From: Promethearchaeati archaeon SRVP18_Atabeyarchaeia-1
GTDB lineage: Archaea; Asgardarchaeota; Atabeyarchaeia; Atabeyarchaeales; Atabeyarchaeaceae
NCBI GenBank assembly: GCA_037308085.1
Contig: CP147779.1
Span: forward strand, 1,408,001 to 1,472,000
DNA: 64,000 nt
Reading direction: 5' to 3'
Numbering within the stretch: the stretch's first letter is position 1; the number at the start of each line of letters is the position of its first letter. Positions 49,090 through 57,301 of the stretch are shown here, one piece after another. The notes under the pieces are model-generated. The model made no database searches and was not told the origin of the DNA. It saw nothing but the letters and a program-made list of their open reading frames with translations. The position numbers and the translations under genes are program-made.

Positions 49090-50349
49090 GTGTTTACGAG
49101 CAAAGGAACACAGGTCTACGGTTACCGTTGGGCTATCCTGCTTGCTTTTGCCGCAATAAATGCAATCGGGGGCATAGTCTACATCATCTTCTCACCGCTT
49201 GCCGACCAAGTTCTTACTCCATTCTATGCTGGCGAACACATATCCAGTTTTCTAATTGGTTTTCTCACCTTGGTCAACCCGCTCATGTATGTTTTCCTAG
49301 CGCTCCCCTTCGGGATACTTGCTGACAAGAAGGGTTGGAAGATAACGGTCGGAATAGGAGCAATTCTGATGGCGGTGTTCTGTGTTCTAAGGATATTCGC
49401 GCTTGATATGGGATTTATGTGGATGTTGATCGCGCAGACAGGATTCTCGTTCGGCGGTCCGCCCGTATTGGCTTCGGTTCAGAAAATGGTTGTGAAATGG
49501 TTCCCGGTTAAGGAAAGAACGGTAGCAAGTGGACTCGGAATACTTACCACCTTCCTTGGACTTATGCTTGGGTCATTTCTGTCACCGAAACTCTTCTACA
49601 TGTTTGCAGCATCGCCTACCGACTACTATGGTGGATTAAAAGGGACGCTAACAATCGACGGGATAATAATCGTAATTGGCGCAGCCATATTCTTCGCAAT
49701 AGCCAGAGAGGCTCCAGCCAAACCGCCTGCGATCGAGGAGAAGGTCACTTTGAAGATGGGGGGGATGCTCAGAACTAGAGATCTCTGGCTGCTTGCAGCG
49801 GGATTCTTTGCAGGGTTTGGGATCTACTTCGCACTACTGACTTGGACATCATACATCCTCGGAGCGATCGGAATAACAAGTGCAGGTGACGTGGGACTCG
49901 TGCAAGCGTGCATGACGCTCGGAGGAATATTCGGATGCATAGTAATTCCTAGAGTGTCTGACGCGTTTGGACGAAGGAAGCCATTTCTGGTAATGGCAGG
50001 ACTGTTCGCTGCGGTATTCTCGTACATCATTGGGACAGTTGGTGTGCTTCTGGTTTCAGTGATTTCTGCGTTGTTCCTGGGATTCTTCGTCATATCAGTG
50101 CTACCTATCGCTCTATCGATGCTGGGGGAGATGAAGACTATTGGTCCAATGTTAGTGGGTGCTGCATCGGGACTAACAATGACTATTGGTTACATTGGAG
50201 CGGTTGGCATCGGGATGACCGCACTGATCCTCTCCGCGCCAGGGAACTGGTACACTAGCATACTCTTCCTAGTCATACTCGGACTGGCAGGAACCATGAT
50301 AATGGCACTAGTCAAGGAAACCGGCACTGCAGCTCAGAAGAAGAAGTAG
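49090..50349 (+). CDS. MFS transporter
   Basis: About 12 TM; GILADKKG, WFPVKER, SDAFGRRKP motifs. Confidence 0.92.
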   Translation: MFTSKGTQVYGYRWAILLAFAAINAIGGIVYIIFSPLADQVLTPFYAGEHISSFLIGFLTLVNPLMYVFLALPFGILADKKGWKITVGIGAILMAVFCVLRIFALDMGFMWMLIAQTGFSFGGPPVLASVQKMVVKWFPVKERTVASGLGILTTFLGLMLGSFLSPKLFYMFAASPTDYYGGLKGTLTIDGIIIVIGAAIFFAIAREAPAKPPAIEEKVTLKMGGMLRTRDLWLLAAGFFAGFGIYFALLTWTSYILGAIGITSAGDVGLVQACMTLGGIFGCIVIPRVSDAFGRRKPFLVMAGLFAAVFSYIIGTVGVLLVSVISALFLGFFVISVLPIALSMLGEMKTIGPMLVGAASGLTMTIGYIGAVGIGMTALILSAPGNWYTSILFLVILGLAGTMIMALVKETGTAAQKKK

Positions 50350-50408
50350 ACATGAGGATTGAAGTGCGTGTGGCGACGAAGGCTGACGTATAGAAACTGA
50401 GTAGCTAC

Positions 50409-50428
50409 TTTTCTTTCCCCTTTTTTTT
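50409..50428 (+). terminator. Pyrimidine/T-rich archaeal terminator after the MFS gene
   Basis: TTTTCTTTCCCCTTTTTTTT between convergent genes. Confidence 0.5.
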
Positions 50429-50435
50429 CGGGGTA

Positions 50436-50903
50436 TCAAGGCTTTGTGCGGACTTTCCCGATCAGCTTCGATAAATGCCCTTCTATTTTCCTTGCTGTCT
50501 CTAAGTACTCTTCTTCGGTTCCTCCGTAAGGATCTCTGATGTCACCTGCTTCATTGTCGCCCACATATTCACTCAAAGTGTAAGTTCTGTCAGGTGATGC
50601 CCATCCGTAATAGATTGCGCGTTCTTTCTGTTCCCTGCTCATGGTCAGAATTAGGTCGGCCTTGATGCCCTCTTCCCTGTTCAATTCTCTGGGAACGTGT
50701 TTTGAAACATCAATCCCATATTTGTCCTTCATGACTTTGTCGGTGTAGAAGCCCGTTGTGAAGTGTCTGACATCTAATCCTCGAGAACACACTTGAACGC
50801 CTTGTACATTAAGTTCCCTCAGCATCTTCCTGAACATGTACTCGGCGATAACACTTCGACAGCTATTCCCCTCGCACACGAAGAAGATTCTCAAACAAGG
50901 CAA
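50436..50903 (-). CDS. Low-molecular-weight protein phosphatase/arsenate reductase family
   Basis: P-loop FVCEGNSCRS (CX5R), ADLILTM, DIRDPYGG. Confidence 0.9.
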   Translation of the reverse strand: MPCLRIFFVCEGNSCRSVIAEYMFRKMLRELNVQGVQVCSRGLDVRHFTTGFYTDKVMKDKYGIDVSKHVPRELNREEGIKADLILTMSREQKERAIYYGWASPDRTYTLSEYVGDNEAGDIRDPYGGTEEEYLETARKIEGHLSKLIGKVRTKP

Positions 50904-51027
50904 TTCTCCTATGCATATAGACTAAATGTCGAAGGCTGAGGTTTGTGTGCTCAGGTCTGAAAGCTCGGACCTAAATTACTGTTGCTGACGTCCACGCGTC
51001 CTCATACTGGTTCTGACTTCACTTAGT

Positions 51028-51729
51028 CTAGCGGCTCCATTCTCCATCTCTCAGATACGGATATACACTCTTCTGCATTTCAACGGTTTCCTCAGGCAGC
51101 AATGTCGGTTTTCCGATACTTAATGCTGTGACATAGATCTTGGCGATGTGCTCAACTATTTCAGCTGCTTCGAGTGTCTTTTCCACGTTCTTGCCCGTGC
51201 ACAATACTCCGTGGTTCGCTAGAAGCACGGCGCTCTTTTCGCCAAGCCCCTTAACGGCGTTGGCTGCCAGTTCATCCGAGCCTGGCATGCCATACTCGGC
51301 CATCTCTATCGTGCCCCCGAGGAATGGCACCATCTCGTCGATGAAAGCTGGTATTGACATCCTGTTTACTGCTAAAGCGCTGGCGTATGCGGAGTGCGTA
51401 TGGATCACCGCGCCGACATCCGGTCTCGCCTTATAGACAGCAAGGTGCATCCTGTTCTCGCTGGATGGGTTTCTTATTCCGCTTACGACTTTCCCATTGA
51501 AGTCCACGACCAGCAGGTCTCCGACCTGGGTTTTGTGATGACCAAAGTGGCTGGGTGTGATTATGAATTGTTCGCGGTTAGGGATTCTCGCGCTGATGTT
51601 GCCCGCTCTTTTGCCCACTAGACCGCTAGTGTATATGGCTCTGCAAGTCTCAACTATCTTCTTCTTTATTTCCGCTATTGTAGCATCCGACTTCTTACTC
51701 ATTCTTGGATTCTCAACTCCTTCTCTCAC
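51028..51729 (-). CDS. Class II aldolase/adducin family (FucA/AraD-like)
   Basis: AGNISAR, ITPS, PSSENRMH, IHTHS, LLANHGV. Confidence 0.92.
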   Translation of the reverse strand: MREGVENPRMSKKSDATIAEIKKKIVETCRAIYTSGLVGKRAGNISARIPNREQFIITPSHFGHHKTQVGDLLVVDFNGKVVSGIRNPSSENRMHLAVYKARPDVGAVIHTHSAYASALAVNRMSIPAFIDEMVPFLGGTIEMAEYGMPGSDELAANAVKGLGEKSAVLLANHGVLCTGKNVEKTLEAAEIVEHIAKIYVTALSIGKPTLLPEETVEMQKSVYPYLRDGEWSR

Positions 51730-51981
51730 GGTAGAGTGCTTACTAGGAGTCTTATCATCATCAGAGTTATTCTACTTCCCTAAAAGATTTAGCGTGTTTG
51801 TCGGATTTCTGTCGAGGTTTCTTGTGAATCACCCTGAGATCGGCCCCTATTCTGTTAGGTTTAAGAAGCTCTCTGGTTTTTTGTCCTGGACGATCCGAGG
51901 TATTGCGCGGACTCTATAATAACTAGGATTCTTTTGGCGCTAACTCTTTCGCCGAAAAGTGTGGAAAAAGCACTCGTAACA

Positions 51982-52003
51982 GCAACTGTGGATGCACAGT
52001 TGC
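51982..52003. promoter_or_regulatory. Perfect inverted repeat upstream of the hydrogenase promoter
   Basis: GCAACTGTG-GATG-CACAGTTGC, about 33 nt upstream of a TTTTAAA TATA-like box at about 52036. Confidence 0.45.
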
Positions 52004-52101
52004 CCAAGCAGGGGATCATCTTGTTCATAATAAGGTTTTAAAGACGGGTTGAGTCAAACTACGTTTTGGATTACGTTTAATCCTAGGAGTGAGAACTGAA
52101 T

Positions 52102-53127
52102 ATGTCCTTTGTAATAGAGAAAAGCGCTTTGGACTCTTTCACTAACCTGCTCCGTAAGAAAGGCTACGAAGTGTTTGGTCCAATCCGTAAGGGACCAGAG
52201 TTCGTCTTTGGTACCGTCAGTCGCGCAAGCGACTTAGCCCTCGACTACATCACCACAATAATATCTCCGAAGAAGTACCTCTACGCCCCCTCCGAGAAAC
52301 TCTTTTCCTACAATTCTGATAGCTTCGCCATCAAGGAATCTTCAGACGGCACGGGGAAACAAGCTATATTAGGAGTGCACCCGTGCGACCTCAGCGCTAT
52401 CGCTCTTCTAGACAAGGTTCGCATAAGTGGCGCTGCTTTTGAAGATCCAAAATACAAGGAGAAAAGAAACAACACTCTCCTAGTTGGCTTGAACTGTTCT
52501 AGGGCTGGCGAAGAATGTTTCTGCCCGTCTTTCGGAACTGGTCCTGAAGCCAAGCAAGGCTTCGACTTGCTCTTGACGGATCTCGGAGACCGATACTTGG
52601 TTGAGACTGGAAGTGATTCTGGCAAGGCTATCGCCACAGACCTCAAGCTGAAGAAGGCAGTGGCATCTGATACCCAAGAGAAAGAGAAGAAACTGAAAGC
52701 AGTCCGCCAGTCGATCAAGCGTGGCATCAGCACTGACGGCTTGCCCAAAACTCTTGACAAGAACTTCAATCACGAGATCTGGGGAAAGATGAAGGACGAC
52801 TGCTACTCGTGTGGTGTATGCACTACCGTGTGCCCCACATGCTATTGCTTCAACGTAGTAGACAACGTAGATTTCTCTCTCAAGAACGGTGAACGGGTGA
52901 GAAACTGGGACTCGTGCCAGCTTATTGAGTTTGGACAGGTTGCCCTAGGCGCAAACTTCAGAAAAGACCGCGATGCCAGAGTGAAGCAATGGATCTACCA
53001 TAAGCTCAACTACTTCCCACAACAGTACGGGGGCAACTTCGCGTGCGTCGGATGCGGCAGGTGCATAAAGAACTGCACCAAGGGAATAGACGTGACCAAT
53101 GTAGTCAAGAAGATACAAACAGCCTAA
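52102..53127 (+). CDS. hydB: Sulfhydrogenase (group 3b) beta subunit, Fe-S protein
   Basis: GVHPCDL, CFC, CYSCGVCTTVCPTCYC, CVGCGRCIKNC. Confidence 0.87.
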   Translation: MSFVIEKSALDSFTNLLRKKGYEVFGPIRKGPEFVFGTVSRASDLALDYITTIISPKKYLYAPSEKLFSYNSDSFAIKESSDGTGKQAILGVHPCDLSAIALLDKVRISGAAFEDPKYKEKRNNTLLVGLNCSRAGEECFCPSFGTGPEAKQGFDLLLTDLGDRYLVETGSDSGKAIATDLKLKKAVASDTQEKEKKLKAVRQSIKRGISTDGLPKTLDKNFNHEIWGKMKDDCYSCGVCTTVCPTCYCFNVVDNVDFSLKNGERVRNWDSCQLIEFGQVALGANFRKDRDARVKQWIYHKLNYFPQQYGGNFACVGCGRCIKNCTKGIDVTNVVKKIQTA

Positions 53128-53140
53128 GGGGTGAGAAAGA

Positions 53141-53965
53141 ATGAAAGCAGACTTCAAACCAGACAAAGTAGTAATCAAGAATATGAAGGATCAAACGCGC
53201 GACGTCAGGACGTTCACACTGAATTTTGCCGATGGTAAGAAGGACTCCTATTCCTTTGTGCCGGGTCAGTTCAATATGCTTACACATCTCGGCTTCGGGG
53301 AAGCAGCAATCTCGATAAGCTCAGACCCAAAGATCAAAGACACCCTCGACCACACTGTCAGGAAGGTGGGTAACTTTACAGAGGCTCTATTCCGGCTAAA
53401 GAAAGGCGACACGATAGGACTACGAGGTCCATTCGGCAAAGGCTGGCCAATGGACGAAGCTAAGGGTAAGAACGTTCTGATAGTGGCTGGAGGCGTTGGT
53501 CTAGCCCCTCTGCGCTCAGTGGTCATGGAAATCGCCAGCAACAGAGCCAGCTATGGCAACTTCGAGATACTATATGGCGCGAGAAATCCTGGTGAGATGC
53601 TGTTCACGGACGAATTCGATCAATGGAGGAAAATTAAGAACGCGAATCTGGAGCTTGCTGTAGATGCTGTTCCGCCGGGAGAGAAGTGGGCCCACACAGT
53701 TGGAGTTGTCACAGTTCTATTCGACAAGATGCAGAGCAAACCCAAGGACACAGTTGTCATGACCTGTGGTCCAGACATAATGATGCATTTCGGAGTCCAA
53801 GGGCTCTTGAAGAAGGGATTCACAGAAGACCAGATCTACGTTTCACTTGAACGAAGAATGAAGTGCGGCATGGCTCAGTGCGGAGCATGTCAAATCGGAC
53901 CTAACTATGTCTGCAAGGACGGACCGGTATTCAAGTCGCGCATAATGAAGGAGTTGTACGCCTAA
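53141..53965 (+). CDS. hydG: Sulfhydrogenase gamma subunit (FAD/NAD(P)-binding, 2Fe-2S)
   Basis: PGQFNM, GEAAISISS, RGPFG, AGGVGLAP, CGPDIMM, ERRMKCGMAQCGAC...CKDGPVF. Confidence 0.88.
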   Translation: MKADFKPDKVVIKNMKDQTRDVRTFTLNFADGKKDSYSFVPGQFNMLTHLGFGEAAISISSDPKIKDTLDHTVRKVGNFTEALFRLKKGDTIGLRGPFGKGWPMDEAKGKNVLIVAGGVGLAPLRSVVMEIASNRASYGNFEILYGARNPGEMLFTDEFDQWRKIKNANLELAVDAVPPGEKWAHTVGVVTVLFDKMQSKPKDTVVMTCGPDIMMHFGVQGLLKKGFTEDQIYVSLERRMKCGMAQCGACQIGPNYVCKDGPVFKSRIMKELYA

Positions 53966-53982
53966 GAGGAGGTTAAGTCGAA

Positions 53983-54825
53983 TTGTCATCGAATAGTGGA
54001 AAACCGAAAGTTGGTGTCTTCAAACTAGCTAGTTGCGCAGGTTGCCAAATGGTTCTTATCTACCACCACGACTACTTGCCCGAGATACTCGGCGCAGTTG
54101 ATATAAAGAACTTCAAAATGGCGAGACGAGACAACGATCCAGAGAGCAAGCTTGACCTCGCACTCATAGAAGGTGCTGTCACAGAGCCTGAACACGTCAA
54201 GTTGCTCAAAGAGCTAAGACCGAGGACAAAGCTACTTGTCGCCATGGGCTCATGCGCTTGCGACGGCGGAGTAGTAAGCCTAAAGAACACGGTTCCAGAG
54301 CATCAAGTTGAATCGGCAGTCTACACAGATACATCAAAGTTCACGTCTATGAAAGCTCAGCCTGTTGACGAGGTTGTGAAGGTCGACGCATATGCCAGAG
54401 GGTGTCCGGTTGATGGTCCTGAGCTTCTTGAGCTTCTAAAGTCAACACTAATGGGCAGAAAAGCTAACCTCTCAAACTACAGTGTCTGTATGGAGTGCAA
54501 ATTGAATGAGAATCCGTGCCTTTTTATCAACAACAAGGATGTGTGCATGGGACCAATAACTAAGGGTGGATGTGGATCACTCTGCCCAACAAACAATCGG
54601 GCCTGTCGAGGATGCAGAGGACCAACAACCGACGCGAACATCATCTCGTATGCCCGCACAATACTGGAACGCGATATACCTGGACGCGAGGATCTGATCA
54701 AGAAGAGAGAACTCGCGGAGTTCGCGCCGCCTAACGTGTTTCCCCAAGGAAGAAACGTTACCAAACTAACTGAAGTTGCTGTGCTGACGCCGCTTAACCC
54801 AAAGAAGGGAGGTAGTTCACAATGA
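53983..54825 (+). CDS. hydD: [NiFe] hydrogenase small (delta) subunit
   Basis: SCAGC, EGAV, GSCACDGG, GCP, VCMEC, CMGPITKGGC...CP...CRGCRG. Confidence 0.88.
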   Translation: MSSNSGKPKVGVFKLASCAGCQMVLIYHHDYLPEILGAVDIKNFKMARRDNDPESKLDLALIEGAVTEPEHVKLLKELRPRTKLLVAMGSCACDGGVVSLKNTVPEHQVESAVYTDTSKFTSMKAQPVDEVVKVDAYARGCPVDGPELLELLKSTLMGRKANLSNYSVCMECKLNENPCLFINNKDVCMGPITKGGCGSLCPTNNRACRGCRGPTTDANIISYARTILERDIPGREDLIKKRELAEFAPPNVFPQGRNVTKLTEVAVLTPLNPKKGGSSQ

Positions 54826-56117
54826 CAAGCGAACAGAAAACAGTCCAAGTCGACTACGTAGCGCGAGTAGAAGGAGAAGCCCTGATCGACGTTAAAGTTG
54901 ATAACGGGGAAATAAAGGAACTCAAGCTGAATATCTGGGAACCGCCACGGTTCTTTGAGGGTTTTCTTGTCGGATGCAAGTACAGCGATGTTCCAGACAT
55001 AGTATCCAAGATCTGTGGAATCTGCCCAGTAGCGCATATGATTACGTCGTGCAGGGCAGTGGAAAACGCAATGAGCTTTGCTCCAAGCCAGCAGACAAGG
55101 CGCCTTAGAGACCTCCTTGCATGGAGTCAGAACCTCTCAAGTCACGTGCTCCACGTTTACTTCCTTGCTGCCCCAGACTTCCTCGGCTACGACAGCGCCA
55201 TCACGATGCTGCCAAAGTACGGAGACGTAGTCAAGAGAGCGCTCAAGATGAAGACTGTCGCAAACGAACTCACCACAGTGGTCGGTGGAAGAGCAGTAGC
55301 TCCGCCAGCATGTGTTGTGGGTGGGTTCACAAGACTTCCATCAGAGGATGCACTGAAGAGAAGTAGAGAGGCGCTGAAGGGAATAAAGCAGGATGCGGTT
55401 GAGACAGTCAAACTTGTATCTCAACTTAAGCTCCCCGACTTCGAAAGGGAGACCGAGTTCGTGGCGGTCAGAGGTGAGAAGGAGTACGCCATCAACGAAG
55501 GCTACCTATGTTCAAGCAAAGGGATCAAGGCACCTGAACGTGAATTCCGCAAATACATAGCTGAGGTCCAAGCACCCCACTCGAATGCCAAGTGGAGCAA
55601 AGTCGCTGGGCGAGACTCGTTCCAAGTTGGCGCTCTTGCCAGGGTAAACCTAAACCAGGATCAGCTATCAGAAGACTCCAAATCCGCAATAGAAGAAAGT
55701 GGCTTCAAGTTCCCAACGACAAATAGCTTCGCAATAACTGCCGCGCAGGCAATTGAAATCATTCAGAGCATCGACGCCTGCATCAGTATTATTGATGAAA
55801 TCCTGCCGTTGAAGGAAGACAAGCAGAGCGTAACAGTTGCACCTGGAGAAGGATACGCTATAACGGAGGCGCCACGTGGACTTCTATACCACAACTACAG
55901 AATCAATAGGAAAGGATACATTGAGAAGGCTGACATAGTCAGTCCGACAGCTCACAACTCGTTGAACATGGAAAATGACCTAAAGGCGCTAGTGCAGAAG
56001 TACATTGACCTCCCAACAGAGAAGCTGACATTCCTCTGTGAGCAACTGATCAGAGCATATGACCCCTGCTTCTCGTGCTCTGTTCACAGCCTGAAGGTAA
56101 AGATAACGAAATACTAA
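54822..56117 (+). CDS. hydA: [NiFe] hydrogenase large (alpha) subunit, group 3b
   Basis: RVEGE, EPPRFFEGFL, L1 KICGICPVAH, EAPRG.LYH, L2 DPCFSCSVH plus a short C-terminal extension. Confidence 0.9.
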   Translation: MTSEQKTVQVDYVARVEGEALIDVKVDNGEIKELKLNIWEPPRFFEGFLVGCKYSDVPDIVSKICGICPVAHMITSCRAVENAMSFAPSQQTRRLRDLLAWSQNLSSHVLHVYFLAAPDFLGYDSAITMLPKYGDVVKRALKMKTVANELTTVVGGRAVAPPACVVGGFTRLPSEDALKRSREALKGIKQDAVETVKLVSQLKLPDFERETEFVAVRGEKEYAINEGYLCSSKGIKAPEREFRKYIAEVQAPHSNAKWSKVAGRDSFQVGALARVNLNQDQLSEDSKSAIEESGFKFPTTNSFAITAAQAIEIIQSIDACISIIDEILPLKEDKQSVTVAPGEGYAITEAPRGLLYHNYRINRKGYIEKADIVSPTAHNSLNMENDLKALVQKYIDLPTEKLTFLCEQLIRAYDPCFSCSVHSLKVKITKY

Positions 56118-56155
56118 ACATGCCTTGCCCTTGATGGCACTAGTGGAAGACGGAG

Positions 56156-56608
56156 CTAGGATTCGTCCGAAGATTCTTCGTCGTCCCTCTCTCTCTTTTT
56201 CGCCCTGCTCGCTTCTTTCATGTTCGTAATTGAACGTTTTACTTCAGTCGCGACTCCATCCATCTGATGCTTTACCCCAGTCACGACGACTTCCACTTGC
56301 TGCTTCACTTCGGCTACGACGCCTCCAACCTGCTGCTTGACTCCCGTTGCGACATCCTGTCTGAAGGATTTCCTGTAGTCTCTGATTGTTTGCTCAAGTT
56401 CCTTTTTGCGCCGCAACTCTGGGTCTTCTTTCTGTTCTTCATGGAACGCAGCCTTGAGTTTCTCAGTTAGGTCGCTTGCTCCATTTTCTCTGCGTCCGGT
56501 GCCGCGCTTACCAGAGAAAGCCTCCTCCTTTTTCACGCTTCCTTCAGGAGGCGCACTCCCTGCCTTCTTGATCTTCTCTTTCAAGCTGCTGAGCCTCTTA
56601 AACTCCAA
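56156..56608 (-). CDS. Charged hypothetical protein with four 11-residue amphipathic repeats
   Basis: DVATGVKQQVG/GVVAEVKQQVE/VVVTGVKHQMD/GVATEVKRSIT; Lys/Glu-rich flanks. Confidence 0.7.
   Translation of the reverse strand: MEFKRLSSLKEKIKKAGSAPPEGSVKKEEAFSGKRGTGRRENGASDLTEKLKAAFHEEQKEDPELRRKKELEQTIRDYRKSFRQDVATGVKQQVGGVVAEVKQQVEVVVTGVKHQMDGVATEVKRSITNMKEASRAKKRERDDEESSDES
56226..56357. repeat. Degenerate 33-bp coding tandem repeat (about 4 copies)
   Basis: Plus-strand units such as cagtcgcgactccatccatctgatgctttaccc, cagtcacgacgacttccacttgctgcttcactt, cggctacgacgcctccaacctgctgcttgactc. Confidence 0.7.
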
Positions 56609-56887
56609 GGGTTTCCCACATTTCCTATTTTCTATCCAACCTGAATCCCAACTGGACTGCCGCGGAGACAGTCAATCGACACATTGTTCCCCCAGCAGTT
56701 CCTCAATTGTTCTTCGCGGGTACTCGATAGTCTTCAAATAGAGATACTCGAACACAGAATATAATAGGCTATTGTCTGAGCCAATTGCCGACCCGCTTGA
56801 AGCGGCGATTCTCGCAAATCTGGTTGCAGGCGGCCCCACTTTGGCATCAGGTAGCCCAAGATCACATTCCCTGTGGCCAATTATCAC

Positions 56888-57281
56888 AATTCTGTCGCAG
56901 GGAAGCCCACGCCCTTCACGGGTGGGAGGAGCTGCAGTGGCGGCAGAGTCTAAGGGCAAAATGGGTGTCAGATGGTCTGTTTGAATGCTTCTGCCATGAA
57001 TAGTTCTTTGGGCCCTGGGGCGAGACCGCGCGGGGTGGCGCCCCCCGATGCGAAGCCTGAGTCTCTGTTTCCCAGGGCGGATCGTGGTCTCCGAGCACGG
57101 AGACGCGAAGCGTAACCCACCACGCCTGGCGAGGTGAGCGGGCTGGAAAAGCGCGGCGCGCGAAGGCCCAGGAGTCGCAACTTCCGTAACTGGCTTTCCG
57201 GAACCACCGACCCGGCGACGGGCGGACGCAGGGAAAACGAAACGGAAAGCCCACCGGCTCAAAGCCGTGGGAAGAGGTTAC
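56888..57281 (+). mobile_element. Non-autonomous IS200/IS605-family mini-element
   Basis: Left end: TCAC (56884-87) then GAAG (56902-05) and hairpin CCCACGCCC-TTCAC-GGGTGGG. Right end: AAAG (57246-49), hairpin CCCACCGGCT-CAA-AGCCGTGGG, ending TTAC (57278-81). No tnpA or tnpB ORF. Confidence 0.75.
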
Positions 57282-57301
57282 TTCTTACCTACGCTAAGGT
57301 G
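57012..57301 (+). ncRNA. Putative TnpB-type omegaRNA/reRNA scaffold plus about 20-nt 3' guide
   Basis: Abrupt GC-rich segment with perfect helices 57012-19/57071-78, 57022-26/57061-65, 57087-93/57098-104, 57192-200/57243-51, 57211-14/57219-22 (GCGA loop); GTAACC (57112-17) complementary to the terminal GGTTAC. Confidence 0.6.

Noticed and set aside
56226-56357. 33-bp periodicity as a CRISPR array
   Set aside because: Units are contiguous, degenerate and in frame within a protein, with no spacers and no cas genes.
57001-57281. GC-rich structured segment as RNase P RNA, SRP RNA or tRNA
   Set aside because: No GAGGAAAGUCC-type P4 motif, no convincing SRP helix-8 motif and no cloverleaf on either strand; IS200/IS605 ends explain it better.
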